From an uncultured Bacilli bacterium (GTDB taxonomy: Bacteria > Bacillota_I > Bacilli_A > RF39 > UBA660): a DNA stretch of 64,000 nucleotides. This document shows, piece after piece, positions 9,434 through 18,936 of this stretch; position 1 is the first letter of the stretch; each line of letters opens with the position of its first letter. Under the pieces are notes generated by a model. That model ran no database searches, was not told the origin of the DNA, and saw only the letters and a program-made list of their open reading frames with translations. The stretch spans positions 29,203 through 93,202 of the forward strand of contig CAKOUR010000003.1 of the NCBI GenBank assembly GCA_934120635.1, written 5' to 3'. Position numbers and translations under genes: made by a program.

Positions 9434-9703
9434 TTATAAAATATTTGTAAATAAGTAATATAAAATTATTCCTCCTAGAACAATTCCTAGGGCTACTTCT
9501 ATTAAAGTTGAAGTAAGAAGACTAAGAATAATATAGAGAATTAGTGATATTAAAGAAATTGGTGTTAGATAATTTAAGCAAGTAATTAATATATTTAATA
9601 TACTAGGGATATTAATAGAAAATAATTGTATTGCTAAAGTGAGGATAATTAGCATGGTTTCAACAATAATTATTTTTTTTAAAATAAATTTTATTGTTTT
9701 CAT
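9434..9703 (-). CDS. Small hydrophobic membrane protein (89 aa)
   Basis: Three hydrophobic helices; its start abuts the proS stop. Confidence 0.45.
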   Translation of the reverse strand: MKTIKFILKKIIIVETMLIILTLAIQLFSINIPSILNILITCLNYLTPISLISLILYIILSLLTSTLIEVALGIVLGGIILYYLFTNIL

Positions 9704-11133
9704 TAATATTGGATTCCCCAGATAACAAGATGTTTAGCTGGTTTACCACAGCATACACAAACTTCATCAATAGGTTTTTCTTCTTCCATGATACATCTAG
9801 ATTTACAGCCCTTTATTTCTTTAATTTTTTCTTCACATTTCTCTTCACCACACCACATGGCTTTAATAAAACCTGGTTGTGTATTTAGAATATTTTCGAT
9901 ATCTTTTAAGTTATGTGCTTCAAAAGTTAAATTTTTTCTTCTTTCTAATGCTTTTTTATACATATCATTTTGGATTGTTTCTAATAGAGTTTTTGTATAT
10001 TTAACGATATCCATTTCTGATAAGGTTTCGGTTAATTTTTCTCTTGTATCTCTTCTTGCAAATGTGATTTGATTATTTTCTAAGTCTCTCTCCCCTATTT
10101 CAATACGAATAGGGATTCCATTTACTTCTGCTTCTGCAAATTTGAATCCAGGAGATTTTTCCGTATTATCGATATAAGTTATAATATCGTTTTGCTGTAA
10201 TTTTTCTTGAATTTCTAATGCTAAATTTGCGACTTTTTCACTTTTTCCAATAGGAATAATTACCACTTGTTTAGGAGCAATTCTTGGTGGTAAAACTAAT
10301 CCATAATCATCAGAATGAACCATAATTAGTCCACCTATCATTCTTGTTGTTGTTCCCCAAGAGGTTTGGTAAGGATATTCCTCTTTGTTTTCTTTGTTGG
10401 TAAATTTAACATTATATGCTTTGGTAAATTTTTGCCCAAAATAATGACTAGTTCCTGATTGTAAAGCCACGCCATTATACATTAAGGCTTCGTTGGTTAA
10501 AGTATATTCTGCTCCTGCGAATTTTTCTTTTTCTGTTTTTTTTCCTTTTATGGAAGGAATTGCTAAAATCTCATTATGGAACCAGTGATAAATATCCATC
10601 ATTTTTGCTGTTTCTGCTTCAGCTTCTTCTTTTGTAGAATGAATTGTATGTCCTTCTTGCCATAAAAATTCACGACTTCTTAAAAATGGTCTTGTTTCTT
10701 TCTCCCATCTTAAGACATTACACCACTGATTATATAGTTTTGGTAAATCTCGATGAGAAGATATATGTGTTGCATAATAGTCACAAAATAATGTTTCACT
10801 AGTTGGTCTTATACATAATCTTTCTTCTAGTTTCTTTTGTCCTCCTTCTGTTACCCAAGCAACTTCTGGTGCAAAGCCATTTACTAAATCACTTTCTTTT
10901 TTTAGTAAGTTTTCTGGAATAAGTAGAGGCATTTGACAGTTAATGTGTCCTAATTTTTTAAATTCTTTATCTAATATAGATTGCATTTTCTCCCATATTG
11001 CATATCCATTTGGTTCGATTACTATACATCCTTTTACTGATGAATAATCTGCTAAGTGAGCTGCTCTAACGACATCTGTATACCATTTGGCAAAATCGAT
11101 ATCTCTACTGGTAATTGCTTTATTTTTTGACAT
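9703..11133 (-). CDS. proS: Proline--tRNA ligase, archaeal/eukaryote-like type
   Basis: 476 aa; FAKWYTDVV N-terminus, class II motifs, cysteine-rich C-terminal domain ending in Tyr (GIQY), no editing insertion. Confidence 0.93.
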   Translation of the reverse strand: MSKNKAITSRDIDFAKWYTDVVRAAHLADYSSVKGCIVIEPNGYAIWEKMQSILDKEFKKLGHINCQMPLLIPENLLKKESDLVNGFAPEVAWVTEGGQKKLEERLCIRPTSETLFCDYYATHISSHRDLPKLYNQWCNVLRWEKETRPFLRSREFLWQEGHTIHSTKEEAEAETAKMMDIYHWFHNEILAIPSIKGKKTEKEKFAGAEYTLTNEALMYNGVALQSGTSHYFGQKFTKAYNVKFTNKENKEEYPYQTSWGTTTRMIGGLIMVHSDDYGLVLPPRIAPKQVVIIPIGKSEKVANLALEIQEKLQQNDIITYIDNTEKSPGFKFAEAEVNGIPIRIEIGERDLENNQITFARRDTREKLTETLSEMDIVKYTKTLLETIQNDMYKKALERRKNLTFEAHNLKDIENILNTQPGFIKAMWCGEEKCEEKIKEIKGCKSRCIMEEEKPIDEVCVCCGKPAKHLVIWGIQY

Positions 11134-11212
11134 CTTATCTCCTCTTTTCTTTTTTTATGTGCTTTTATTATACTATAAAAGACTATAAAAAAAAAGAGTT
11201 TCTCTCTTTTTC

Positions 11213-11644
11213 TCATGATAAATAATTATCTTTAATAATTCTTATAAATTGAGGTCCTGTCTTAAGAACTAGAATAATTCCTAAAATAGTAGCAATATAG
11301 CCAATATATCCACTTCTTTTATTTCCTACTGACTCTGGAGATAGTATGTCATAATACAAAGTCATTTTATCTCCTATGTTAATATCTTTTTCATAATTAT
11401 CAATGGTTGCATTATAATTATTGTTATTTGCAATATAAGATAAATTAACTGCCCTTCTTTCAACATCTCCATCTGCTGTTTTAGCGATTGTTACTCCCGT
11501 TACGGTTCCTTCAGCACTTAATACTTTTAATCTAAAATTTTCTGTTTTTAAAAGTAATATTCCAAATACAGTTAGTACAGTTCCTACAATACAAAGAACC
11601 ATGATAGGAATATTTAACTCTTCTTTTTTTCTTTGTTTTCCCAT
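11213..11644 (-). CDS. DUF3592-like two-TM membrane protein
   Basis: 143 aa; an N-terminal and a C-terminal TM helix flank a beta-rich domain. Confidence 0.45.
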   Translation of the reverse strand: MGKQRKKEELNIPIMVLCIVGTVLTVFGILLLKTENFRLKVLSAEGTVTGVTIAKTADGDVERRAVNLSYIANNNNYNATIDNYEKDINIGDKMTLYYDILSPESVGNKRSGYIGYIATILGIILVLKTGPQFIRIIKDNYLS

Positions 11645-11765
11645 CTTATTCTCCTCCTATTTTAAGTATAGCAAAACTTCAGAAAAAAAACAATCTAATT
11701 TTTAGTTTTCTTCCATAATTTTAGGATTAATTCTATAGAAGTATTTTTTGTTTATAAAAAACACT

Positions 11766-12815
11766 TTATGAATTAGTAGGAATTTTTAATGTTTGACCAA
11801 TTTGTAATAGATTTGTGTTTAAATTGTTTAAATTTTTAATTTTATCTACTGTGGTGTTATATTTTTTGGCAATACTATATAAACTATCCCCACTTACTAC
11901 TTTATAATTTATTGTGTTATTGGAAGAATTACTTTTAATTTTTAGAATCTGTCCTATTTGCAGTAAGTTAGAATTTAAGTTATTTAATTTTTTTAAGCTG
12001 TCTACTGTAGTGTTATATTTCTTGGCAATACTATATAAGCTATCTCCTTTTTGTACAGTATAAGAAATATTTTTAATTGAATCAGTTGTTGAAGTATTTT
12101 TAGGTAGTTTTAATACTTGACCAATACTTAGATTACTGGTTGAAAGATTATTTAATGTTTTTAAATCATTTACACTAGTGTTATATTTTTTAGCAATACT
12201 ATACAAACTATCTCCTTTTTTAACGATATAATAATTATTATTAATTGGCGTATAAGGTACTTTTAGGTAAGTTGCTAAGGCAATAACTATTGCTTCTCCT
12301 ATATTTTCTAGATTATTTTTTAAATAAGAGGCTTCTTTTTCGTTATCAATATTTCCATAATAAATAATTATACTTTCATTATTAGCAGTATCTCTAATTA
12401 ATTTATTATAATCTTTTGATGTATCACTAGGTAACCTTCTTTGATAGTATTTTTCTACTTTTAAACCAATTTTTTCAAGATTTTCTTGAACTAACTTTGC
12501 AAGAGTGTTGCTATTTCTTAAGGAATAGATAATTTCAGCATTTTTTCCTCCTGTCGTTAAGGCATTAGAAATAACAATAACATTATTTCCTTTTCCATAA
12601 GTGGATTGAATTTTTTTTACTCGATCATCAATTGAAAGAGTATCATCATTATCTCTTGTTAGATAAGTTTTAATATTTAAGTCTTTTAATCTTTTATAAA
12701 TATATTTACTTAAGTCTAGGTTATAGTTTTTTTCAATGATGTCATGAATATTATTTCCAATGTCCTCTCCTCCTCGATAAGGATCGATGATTACTTTCTT
12801 TTCTGCTCTTTCCAT
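11766..12815 (-). CDS. Amidase_3-like (apparently non-catalytic) domain fused to three LysM repeats
   Basis: N-terminal IDPYRGGEDIG aligns to the IDPGHGG of MurNAc-L-Ala amidases; C-terminus has three copies of GDSLYSIAKKYNTxV...LQIGQxLKIP. Confidence 0.75.
   Translation of the reverse strand: MERAEKKVIIDPYRGGEDIGNNIHDIIEKNYNLDLSKYIYKRLKDLNIKTYLTRDNDDTLSIDDRVKKIQSTYGKGNNVIVISNALTTGGKNAEIIYSLRNSNTLAKLVQENLEKIGLKVEKYYQRRLPSDTSKDYNKLIRDTANNESIIIYYGNIDNEKEASYLKNNLENIGEAIVIALATYLKVPYTPINNNYYIVKKGDSLYSIAKKYNTSVNDLKTLNNLSTSNLSIGQVLKLPKNTSTTDSIKNISYTVQKGDSLYSIAKKYNTTVDSLKKLNNLNSNLLQIGQILKIKSNSSNNTINYKVVSGDSLYSIAKKYNTTVDKIKNLNNLNTNLLQIGQTLKIPTNS
11778..12233 (-). repeat. Three tandem LysM-coding DNA repeats
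   Basis: Near-identical stretches encoding GDSLYSIAKKYNT (aa 195-238, 251-293, 304-346 of the ORF). Confidence 0.8.
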
Positions 12816-12863
12816 AAAATATCACCTAATTTATTTTATGTTTTTTAGTTAATTTTGGTTTGT

Positions 12864-13805
12864 TTATTCTATTTTAAAACTAGTTTCATCTAAAAAAAGA
12901 TAGTTTTCATGATATTTTAGTTCTCTTACTAAACGAAATAGAGCATCATCTTTGGCTTTGGCTTCTAACATAATATCAACATCTTGATTTTTTTGTTTTA
13001 GAATGTTTAAAAATTGAATAAAAGAATTGGTATCAATATAGTCATTATGGGCTCGGTATTCTCTTTTGTTTTTAGGAGAACTAAAATGTATTTTTGGTGT
13101 CATTCCTTTTTTCTTCCAAGTGAGAAAGATATCGTTTAAGTAAGTGAACAATTCTTTGGATGTGGGATTGCATTGATGATGATGATAGTCTAAGACGACT
13201 GGAATATTTAACTTTTTAGCTAGAAATAAACAATCTTCTATATTGAATACTTTATCATCATTTTCTATGGCGATAATTTCTTTTAAATGATTGGGAAGGT
13301 TTTCAAAGGTATGAATAAAACGGGATAAAGAATTAGTTTTACCAAATGCATTACTTCCTATGTGAAGGAGAATAATTTTATCTTGAATATTTAATATTTT
13401 GAGTAATTGGTAATGATATTCTAATATGTTAATTGTTGATGTGATTACTTCTTTTTTTACACTATTTAAGACACAATACTGATTGGGATGGAAATCTACT
13501 CTTATTTTACTTTTCTGAAGAATCGAAGTTATTTTTTTATAATAAGGAAGGAATTTTTCTAAATAATCAAAAGAAACATTGGGATGTGTGGCTAAGGGGA
13601 TTATATTAGAAGAGATTCGATAAAAATGAATATGATTTTTCTCATTATAGATTAATGTTTGATAAAGAGATTCTAGATTTGAAGTAATAATATGATCTAA
13701 CTTTTCTTGATTTTTTTCTTTTTTCCAAGTTGTATATGGATAAGGTGTTGAAGTTGAAGTTTTTATTGATTTACTAATTGCTACGTATCCTAATCTTATT
13801 ATCAT
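12864..13805 (-). CDS. uvsE: UV damage endonuclease
   Basis: 313 aa; starts RLGYV, TIM-barrel pattern with LHIGS, VLDYHHH, HFSSPK, HNDYI typical of UVDE/UvsE. Confidence 0.75.
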   Translation of the reverse strand: MIIRLGYVAISKSIKTSTSTPYPYTTWKKEKNQEKLDHIITSNLESLYQTLIYNEKNHIHFYRISSNIIPLATHPNVSFDYLEKFLPYYKKITSILQKSKIRVDFHPNQYCVLNSVKKEVITSTINILEYHYQLLKILNIQDKIILLHIGSNAFGKTNSLSRFIHTFENLPNHLKEIIAIENDDKVFNIEDCLFLAKKLNIPVVLDYHHHQCNPTSKELFTYLNDIFLTWKKKGMTPKIHFSSPKNKREYRAHNDYIDTNSFIQFLNILKQKNQDVDIMLEAKAKDDALFRLVRELKYHENYLFLDETSFKIE

Positions 13806-13869
13806 TTTTCTTCACCTATATTTAGTATGTTTCTTCTTATCTTCTGTATTCAAAAAAGAAGATAGTTTA

Positions 13870-14763
13870 TTATTTTTCTTTTGATGGTAAATAATCTAAA
13901 ATTAGTTTATCTGTGATAAAGAGATAATCATAAAAATTTCTAATTTTTTGGCATAGTTCTAATTCATTAGTATTAAAATCAATTTTTTGAGGAATGGAGA
14001 TGAGGGCAAAAAAAAGTATTTTTTCTTCTTTTAACATAGGATAATGCATTTCATAAGTATGAAGAAGACTGCAAAAATCGAAGATTTGATAATAATTTTG
14101 ATAAAAGTTTACTAGATCATAAATAGGAATATCTTTTTTACTTTTATTCCAGCTAATTAAGTAAGGCTTTTGTTCAAGTAAGTAATGTTCTAATCTTAGA
14201 TTGTTATGAATTTGTGTTATACGAACTCTTTTCTTTTCTGAAATGATTTGATACCATTTATCGATTTGATTTTTGGAATAATTTAGAGCTAAAAAGAGTT
14301 TGGAGATATTTCTAATAAAAAGATAGGATGATGGAGACATATACTCTTCTCTTTCGATTAACTCTGTAATATCTTGATAATAATTTATTAAATATTCAAT
14401 TCTATTTATTGTAGTTTCATAAAGTTCTTTATAAGTATTTTCATCTATTTCTTTATAGAAAGTGGTTTTGCTGTGAAGAAGAGTAATTAATTTCATGATG
14501 TCATTAGCTTTTTCTTCTTTTTGTAATGGACTTTCTTCTATATATTCGTAAATATCATAATTTTTAGTTTGATAAAGAAGTTTTGGAAAATAGTCAAAAG
14601 ATCTAGACTTTAAATATTTATATAAAGTTTCTAGATCTTTTTCTCTTTTTTTAATTACTAATATTTCTTTGTCTGTTTCTATCATACGGGTATTATTTTT
14701 GATAGTTATTTTTTTGATGATAATGTGATTTTCAGCGAGTAAATTACGAAGTTCTTTATTCAT
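13870..14763 (-). CDS. ysxE: CotS/YsxE-family kinase-like spore coat protein
   Basis: 297 aa kinase-like fold; sits immediately downstream of the spoVID-like gene and overlaps it, as in the B. subtilis spoVID-ysxE operon; catalytic-loop region reads IHNNLRLEH. Confidence 0.55.
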   Translation of the reverse strand: MNKELRNLLAENHIIIKKITIKNNTRMIETDKEILVIKKREKDLETLYKYLKSRSFDYFPKLLYQTKNYDIYEYIEESPLQKEEKANDIMKLITLLHSKTTFYKEIDENTYKELYETTINRIEYLINYYQDITELIEREEYMSPSSYLFIRNISKLFLALNYSKNQIDKWYQIISEKKRVRITQIHNNLRLEHYLLEQKPYLISWNKSKKDIPIYDLVNFYQNYYQIFDFCSLLHTYEMHYPMLKEEKILFFALISIPQKIDFNTNELELCQKIRNFYDYLFITDKLILDYLPSKEK

Positions 14764-15511
14764 TTTTATTAGGGATAATAAGTTTCATACCAGGTTTCAT
14801 TTCTTCTAAGTTGTTGTATAAGTTTAATGTTTCTTTATCAATATTATATTTTTTCATAATGCTATCAATAGTATCTTGTTCTTTTACGATATATACATAA
14901 TAAGTAATGTATGTATCTGAATTATCTATGTTTTCAAATAAGTTAAAATTTTGTTGGGCTGTTTTTTTCTGCTTTTCTTCAAAAATTATGGTATCTTTTT
15001 TTGGTGAAGTAATTTCTGGAATTAATTTTTCTTCTCTTTCCTCGGAAGATGATTTTTCAGGTTTTTCTTCTTTATTTTCAGGAAAAAATGAAGAAGTAAT
15101 TTCAGTTTTCTCAAGGTTTGGAATTTCTATATTCATTTCTTTTGGTTGTTCTGTTTCTGATGGTACTTCTATTCCTTTTTCTTCTTTCTCTTTTTCCCCT
15201 TCAATATAAAGATCAATATTAACTTGAAGTGCTTCGTTGTTTATTACTTCATAATAAAAATTATCAATATCAACTGTTAATGTAGAAGGGATATATTTGC
15301 TTTCTAGTTCTATATCAAAGGGAATTTTGAATTTGAAATTTTCTCGATTAATGGAAGCTTCGGTCATTTTATAGTCACCAGTAATATGAAATTCTCCACT
15401 AATTTTATTGCTGTTTTTTATAGCAATGCTATGTTCTAGAGATATGGAAGTAATTTCACTTACTTTTGTTTTAAATAATAAATCTTTTTTAAATGGTATT
15501 ATTTGTTTCAT
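14756..15511 (-). CDS. spoVID: SpoVID-like coat morphogenetic protein (N-domain, acidic linker, C-terminal LysM)
   Basis: N-terminus IPFKKDLLFKTKVSEITSISLEH...GEFHITGDY resembles SpoVID; E/K/S-rich middle; C-terminal LysM YIVKEQDTIDSIMKKYNIDKETLNLYNNLEEMKPGMKLIIP. Confidence 0.6.
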   Translation of the reverse strand: MKQIIPFKKDLLFKTKVSEITSISLEHSIAIKNSNKISGEFHITGDYKMTEASINRENFKFKIPFDIELESKYIPSTLTVDIDNFYYEVINNEALQVNIDLYIEGEKEKEEKGIEVPSETEQPKEMNIEIPNLEKTEITSSFFPENKEEKPEKSSSEEREEKLIPEITSPKKDTIIFEEKQKKTAQQNFNLFENIDNSDTYITYYVYIVKEQDTIDSIMKKYNIDKETLNLYNNLEEMKPGMKLIIPNKNE

Positions 15512-15558
15512 ATTATCTTTCCTTTCAAGGAATTATATGAAATTTAATTTGATTTATG

Positions 15559-17598
15559 TTATTTTTTATATGTGATGTTTTTGAAATTTTTTAAAAAAGA
15601 TTTTGTTTGCTGTTCTTTTGATATTGGAGATAATATAAATATATTTTCTTTTGTATTTATTATACAAGTTGCTAGGAATAATTTTTTTTCATATATTTCT
15701 TTTTTTGTTTGTAATTCATTAAATGTATTGTTTATAAAAAATGGTAAAATAATATTTTGATATTTCTTTTTTGATTGTTCTATGGTTGAACAATTATAAT
15801 GCTCTTTATTATTAGAAATGGTTGTGGTACTTTGGTATTTAAATATTGAATTTTTTATTAATTCGCTTATTTCTTCTTTTTTTGATAAAATTATTTCTAC
15901 ATTGTTTTTATCTAATTTATTTAATAGGTTATTTATGGTTAATGCTAATGATTCTTTTTCTTTAAAATAATCGTTATCTTGATAAAAAAAGACTTTTATT
16001 TTTGCTTTTTGATTGCATATAATTTGGTTTAATGAAGTGATATTTTCTTGTAAAAATTGTTCAGTTAATTGAGTTAATTCTTCAAAAGAAAGATAAGTAT
16101 CTGGAAAAATGAACCATTTTTTTTGTTTTAAATAGTTTTTATATTCTAATTTTAATTTTAGTTGACTATTGAGAATTGTATTTTGGTAATTATTTTCTAC
16201 TATGATAAGGTAATTTTTTTTAGGAATGATATTAGTAATATTTAGGAAAATTGGATATGTATTTTCTAATTCTTTTTCTGTTCTTTGGTTTAAAGTTTTT
16301 TCTTCTATATAGTTATTTTTAATTAAACTTTTTTGATAATAAGTTAAAATTTTAGTTAATTCTTGTTTTTGGTTAGAGTTATATTTTTCTATTATATTAG
16401 AGTCTTCAGTTAGTGGAATTAGTGTTTTGGAAATAAATTCAGTGATATAACTGTCCATGGTAGTTTTTTTTAGGGTGTTATATATTTCTTCTTCTTCTTT
16501 TTTTTCCATTGGATATCTTCTTTTTATTAGTTCGTATGTTAATACTTCTAAGGTCTTTTTTTCTGATTTATATTTTTGATATAAATAGATATCTTTTTCT
16601 TTTGGGGAAATATTTAATAAATCATCTTTTTCTTGGTTAATATAGTGAATTTGTAATCCTTCTTTTAAAGAAAATAAATGATTTTCTTTTATATATATAT
16701 AATTTATGTTATTTAAGTAAAGAAAGTTTGCTATATTTACTTCTGTTTCATTTGACATTTTTTCATTTAAAATAGTACGAAAATGATTTTTTCTTTTAAT
16801 AATTTCTTTTTCGATAAAATCTTTTAAGGATAACTTGCTTTCTAAATACATTCTTTTATACAAATAAGAATGATAATCTTTAAATGTATCAAAATCTTTA
16901 TAATCTTTGTTTAAATAAATACTATTTTTAAATTCTTTATAAAATTTAGTAAAATCTTTTTTATTTGGATAAAGTATTTCTAAAAGATATTCTTTAAAGA
17001 TATGATATTTAATTGAATAAGTTATTTTTTGCTCTTTTTCTTTTAATAATTTTTCTTGATATTCTTCTAAAAGATAGCAATTTATTTCTAAATCATTTTT
17101 TGATAAAATCTTTTTTAGCTCTTCTCTGCTTTCTTTTTCTTTTGTTAGAATGATAAATTTTTCTTGTTTTACTTTTTCGTTTTGAATTGCTAATTTGATT
17201 TTTGCTGTGATAAAGGAAATATTATTTTTATTGTTAAAATAAATTAGTTTATTTTCGTTACTTAAAATAATATTTTTTTGATTATTATCTGTTATTTTGT
17301 TTTCATTGAAAAAATTTGTATATTCTTCTTTTTTTCTTTTTAAGTATTTTTGATTATGTAATTTTAATAATTCTTTTTCTTCTTTTTTTATTCTTTCTAT
17401 TTGTTGATAATTTTTATTTTCTTGATATAAGAATTGATAATCTTTTATTTTTTGATAAATGTATTTATATTGCATCATGAAAGATTTATAAGTATTGTAA
17501 TTGATATAAATATCTTTACTTAAAAAACGTGTATATTTAATTAAAAAATTATTGATGTCATAAAGTATTAAATTAGTATTATTATTGTTTTCTATCAT
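15559..17598 (-). CDS. Large K/N/E-rich protein with degenerate helicase IV/UvrD-like remnants
   Basis: 679-aa ORF; NETEVNIANFLYLNNINYIY resembles the helicase IV N-domain motif; STIEQSKKKYQNIILPF and LFLATCIINTKENIFIL resemble SF1 motifs V and VI; no Walker A or B found. Confidence 0.55.
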   Translation of the reverse strand: MIENNNNTNLILYDINNFLIKYTRFLSKDIYINYNTYKSFMMQYKYIYQKIKDYQFLYQENKNYQQIERIKKEEKELLKLHNQKYLKRKKEEYTNFFNENKITDNNQKNIILSNENKLIYFNNKNNISFITAKIKLAIQNEKVKQEKFIILTKEKESREELKKILSKNDLEINCYLLEEYQEKLLKEKEQKITYSIKYHIFKEYLLEILYPNKKDFTKFYKEFKNSIYLNKDYKDFDTFKDYHSYLYKRMYLESKLSLKDFIEKEIIKRKNHFRTILNEKMSNETEVNIANFLYLNNINYIYIKENHLFSLKEGLQIHYINQEKDDLLNISPKEKDIYLYQKYKSEKKTLEVLTYELIKRRYPMEKKEEEEIYNTLKKTTMDSYITEFISKTLIPLTEDSNIIEKYNSNQKQELTKILTYYQKSLIKNNYIEEKTLNQRTEKELENTYPIFLNITNIIPKKNYLIIVENNYQNTILNSQLKLKLEYKNYLKQKKWFIFPDTYLSFEELTQLTEQFLQENITSLNQIICNQKAKIKVFFYQDNDYFKEKESLALTINNLLNKLDKNNVEIILSKKEEISELIKNSIFKYQSTTTISNNKEHYNCSTIEQSKKKYQNIILPFFINNTFNELQTKKEIYEKKLFLATCIINTKENIFILSPISKEQQTKSFLKNFKNITYKK

Positions 17599-17674
17599 TT
17601 TAATCCCTATCCTTTTATTCTAAATTTGTTTTATCATATCACAAATTTATGAAAAAGAAAATAGGTATTTATAG

Positions 17675-17703
17675 TTGAAAAAGCAAGTAATTTTTGCTAT
17701 ACT
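17675..17703 (+). promoter_or_regulatory. Sigma-A type promoter for the 17730 gene
   Basis: TTGAAA (17675-17680), 17-nt spacer, TGcTATACT (-10 at 17698-17703). Confidence 0.5.
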
Positions 17704-17729
17704 CTAAGTATTGGTGAGGAGTGTAGATA

Positions 17730-18836
17730 ATGAAAGATAAATTAAAAGATATGGATAAGAAAAAAATTTATATGGTTATAGGTTTTTTTGTTGCTATTAT
17801 TATTATTTTATTTGGAGGAGCTTTTGTTTATAATAAGTTTTTTTATAAGCGTTCTTATGTTGAGATTGAAGATATTATGGTTAATGCTTCTAAAAATTAT
17901 TTAGCAAAAAATAAAGATAGATTTCCTAAAAACTATAATGAAGTTATAACGTTATCTGATAGTGATTTAGTCGGTGCTGAAGAGATGAAGACAATTAGTG
18001 AGTATTTGAAAGATGAAACTTCTACTTGTAGTGGTAATGTTACTGTTACTAATATTAATGGGCAATATCGTTATGTTCCTATCTTAGATTGTGGGGATAA
18101 ATATAAGACTGTTACTTTTATTGATTATATTAAAAAGGTTGTTCCAATTAAGGAGAATGGTGTTGGGTTATATCAGTTAAATGATGAACTTGTCTATCGT
18201 GGAGATTCTCCTAATAATTATATTAAGTTTAGTGGAAAAACTTATCGTATTGTTAAGTTTAGTGGAGATAGTGCTGTTATTATTTATACCGAAAAAGGTA
18301 GTAATGTTAATTGGGATAATCGTTATAATACTGAGAAGAATATGATGATGGGAATTAATGATTATTCTGTTAGTCGGATTAAGGATGAGGTAGATGCTTT
18401 TTATAAGGATGATAAAAAGATTACTCCTGATAATAAATTATTAGTTGTTGCTCATAATCTAGAGATTGGGAAGAGAGCTAGTAAAGATACAGATAAAACA
18501 GGTGGATTAGAAAAAAGTACTATTATTGAAAATCAATTTGCTGGGCTTTTGCCTTTATATGATTATATGAATGCTTCTTTAGACAATAATTGTACTACTT
18601 CTGTTAGTGCTTCTTGTATGAATTATAATTATTTATCTAAGTTTATTTATTCTTGGTGGACAATGACAGGAAATAATCAAAATACTTATTCTGTTTATCA
18701 AATTACGGGTTCTGGTAGCGCTTTATTAATTAATGCTGGAGTAAATGGATTTTCAAGACCAGTTCTTTATTTATCTAAAGATGCTTTATATGTGTCTGGT
18801 GATGGTAGTAGTGAGAATCCTTATATTGTAAAGTAA
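17730..18836 (+). CDS. Membrane-anchored extracellular protein, unknown function (368 aa)
   Basis: N-terminal TM IYMVIGFFVAIIIILFGGAFVY; cysteine-containing beta-rich ectodomain ending GDGSSENPYIVK; SD GGTGAGGAG. Confidence 0.65.
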   Translation: MKDKLKDMDKKKIYMVIGFFVAIIIILFGGAFVYNKFFYKRSYVEIEDIMVNASKNYLAKNKDRFPKNYNEVITLSDSDLVGAEEMKTISEYLKDETSTCSGNVTVTNINGQYRYVPILDCGDKYKTVTFIDYIKKVVPIKENGVGLYQLNDELVYRGDSPNNYIKFSGKTYRIVKFSGDSAVIIYTEKGSNVNWDNRYNTEKNMMMGINDYSVSRIKDEVDAFYKDDKKITPDNKLLVVAHNLEIGKRASKDTDKTGGLEKSTIIENQFAGLLPLYDYMNASLDNNCTTSVSASCMNYNYLSKFIYSWWTMTGNNQNTYSVYQITGSGSALLINAGVNGFSRPVLYLSKDALYVSGDGSSENPYIVK

Positions 18837-18866
18837 GTAGAAAAAATACTTACTTTTTATTTTTTA
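18831..18866 (+). terminator. Rho-independent terminator
   Basis: Perfect 9-bp stem AAGTAAGTA / TACTTACTT, loop GAAAAAA, then TTTATTTTTT; overlaps the stop codon. Confidence 0.7.
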
Positions 18867-18936
18867 CAAGGTTTACAAAACTCTTACAATTTTGGTATAA
18901 ATACAAGAATACAAATTTATTACAGACTCAGTAATA

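Noticed and set aside
18864-18889. Three phased TTACAA direct repeats (spacing 9 and 11 bp) in the convergent spacer after the 17730 gene
   Set aside because: A short AT-rich hexamer is likely to recur by chance in this composition. The site lies between two convergent gene ends where no promoter is needed.
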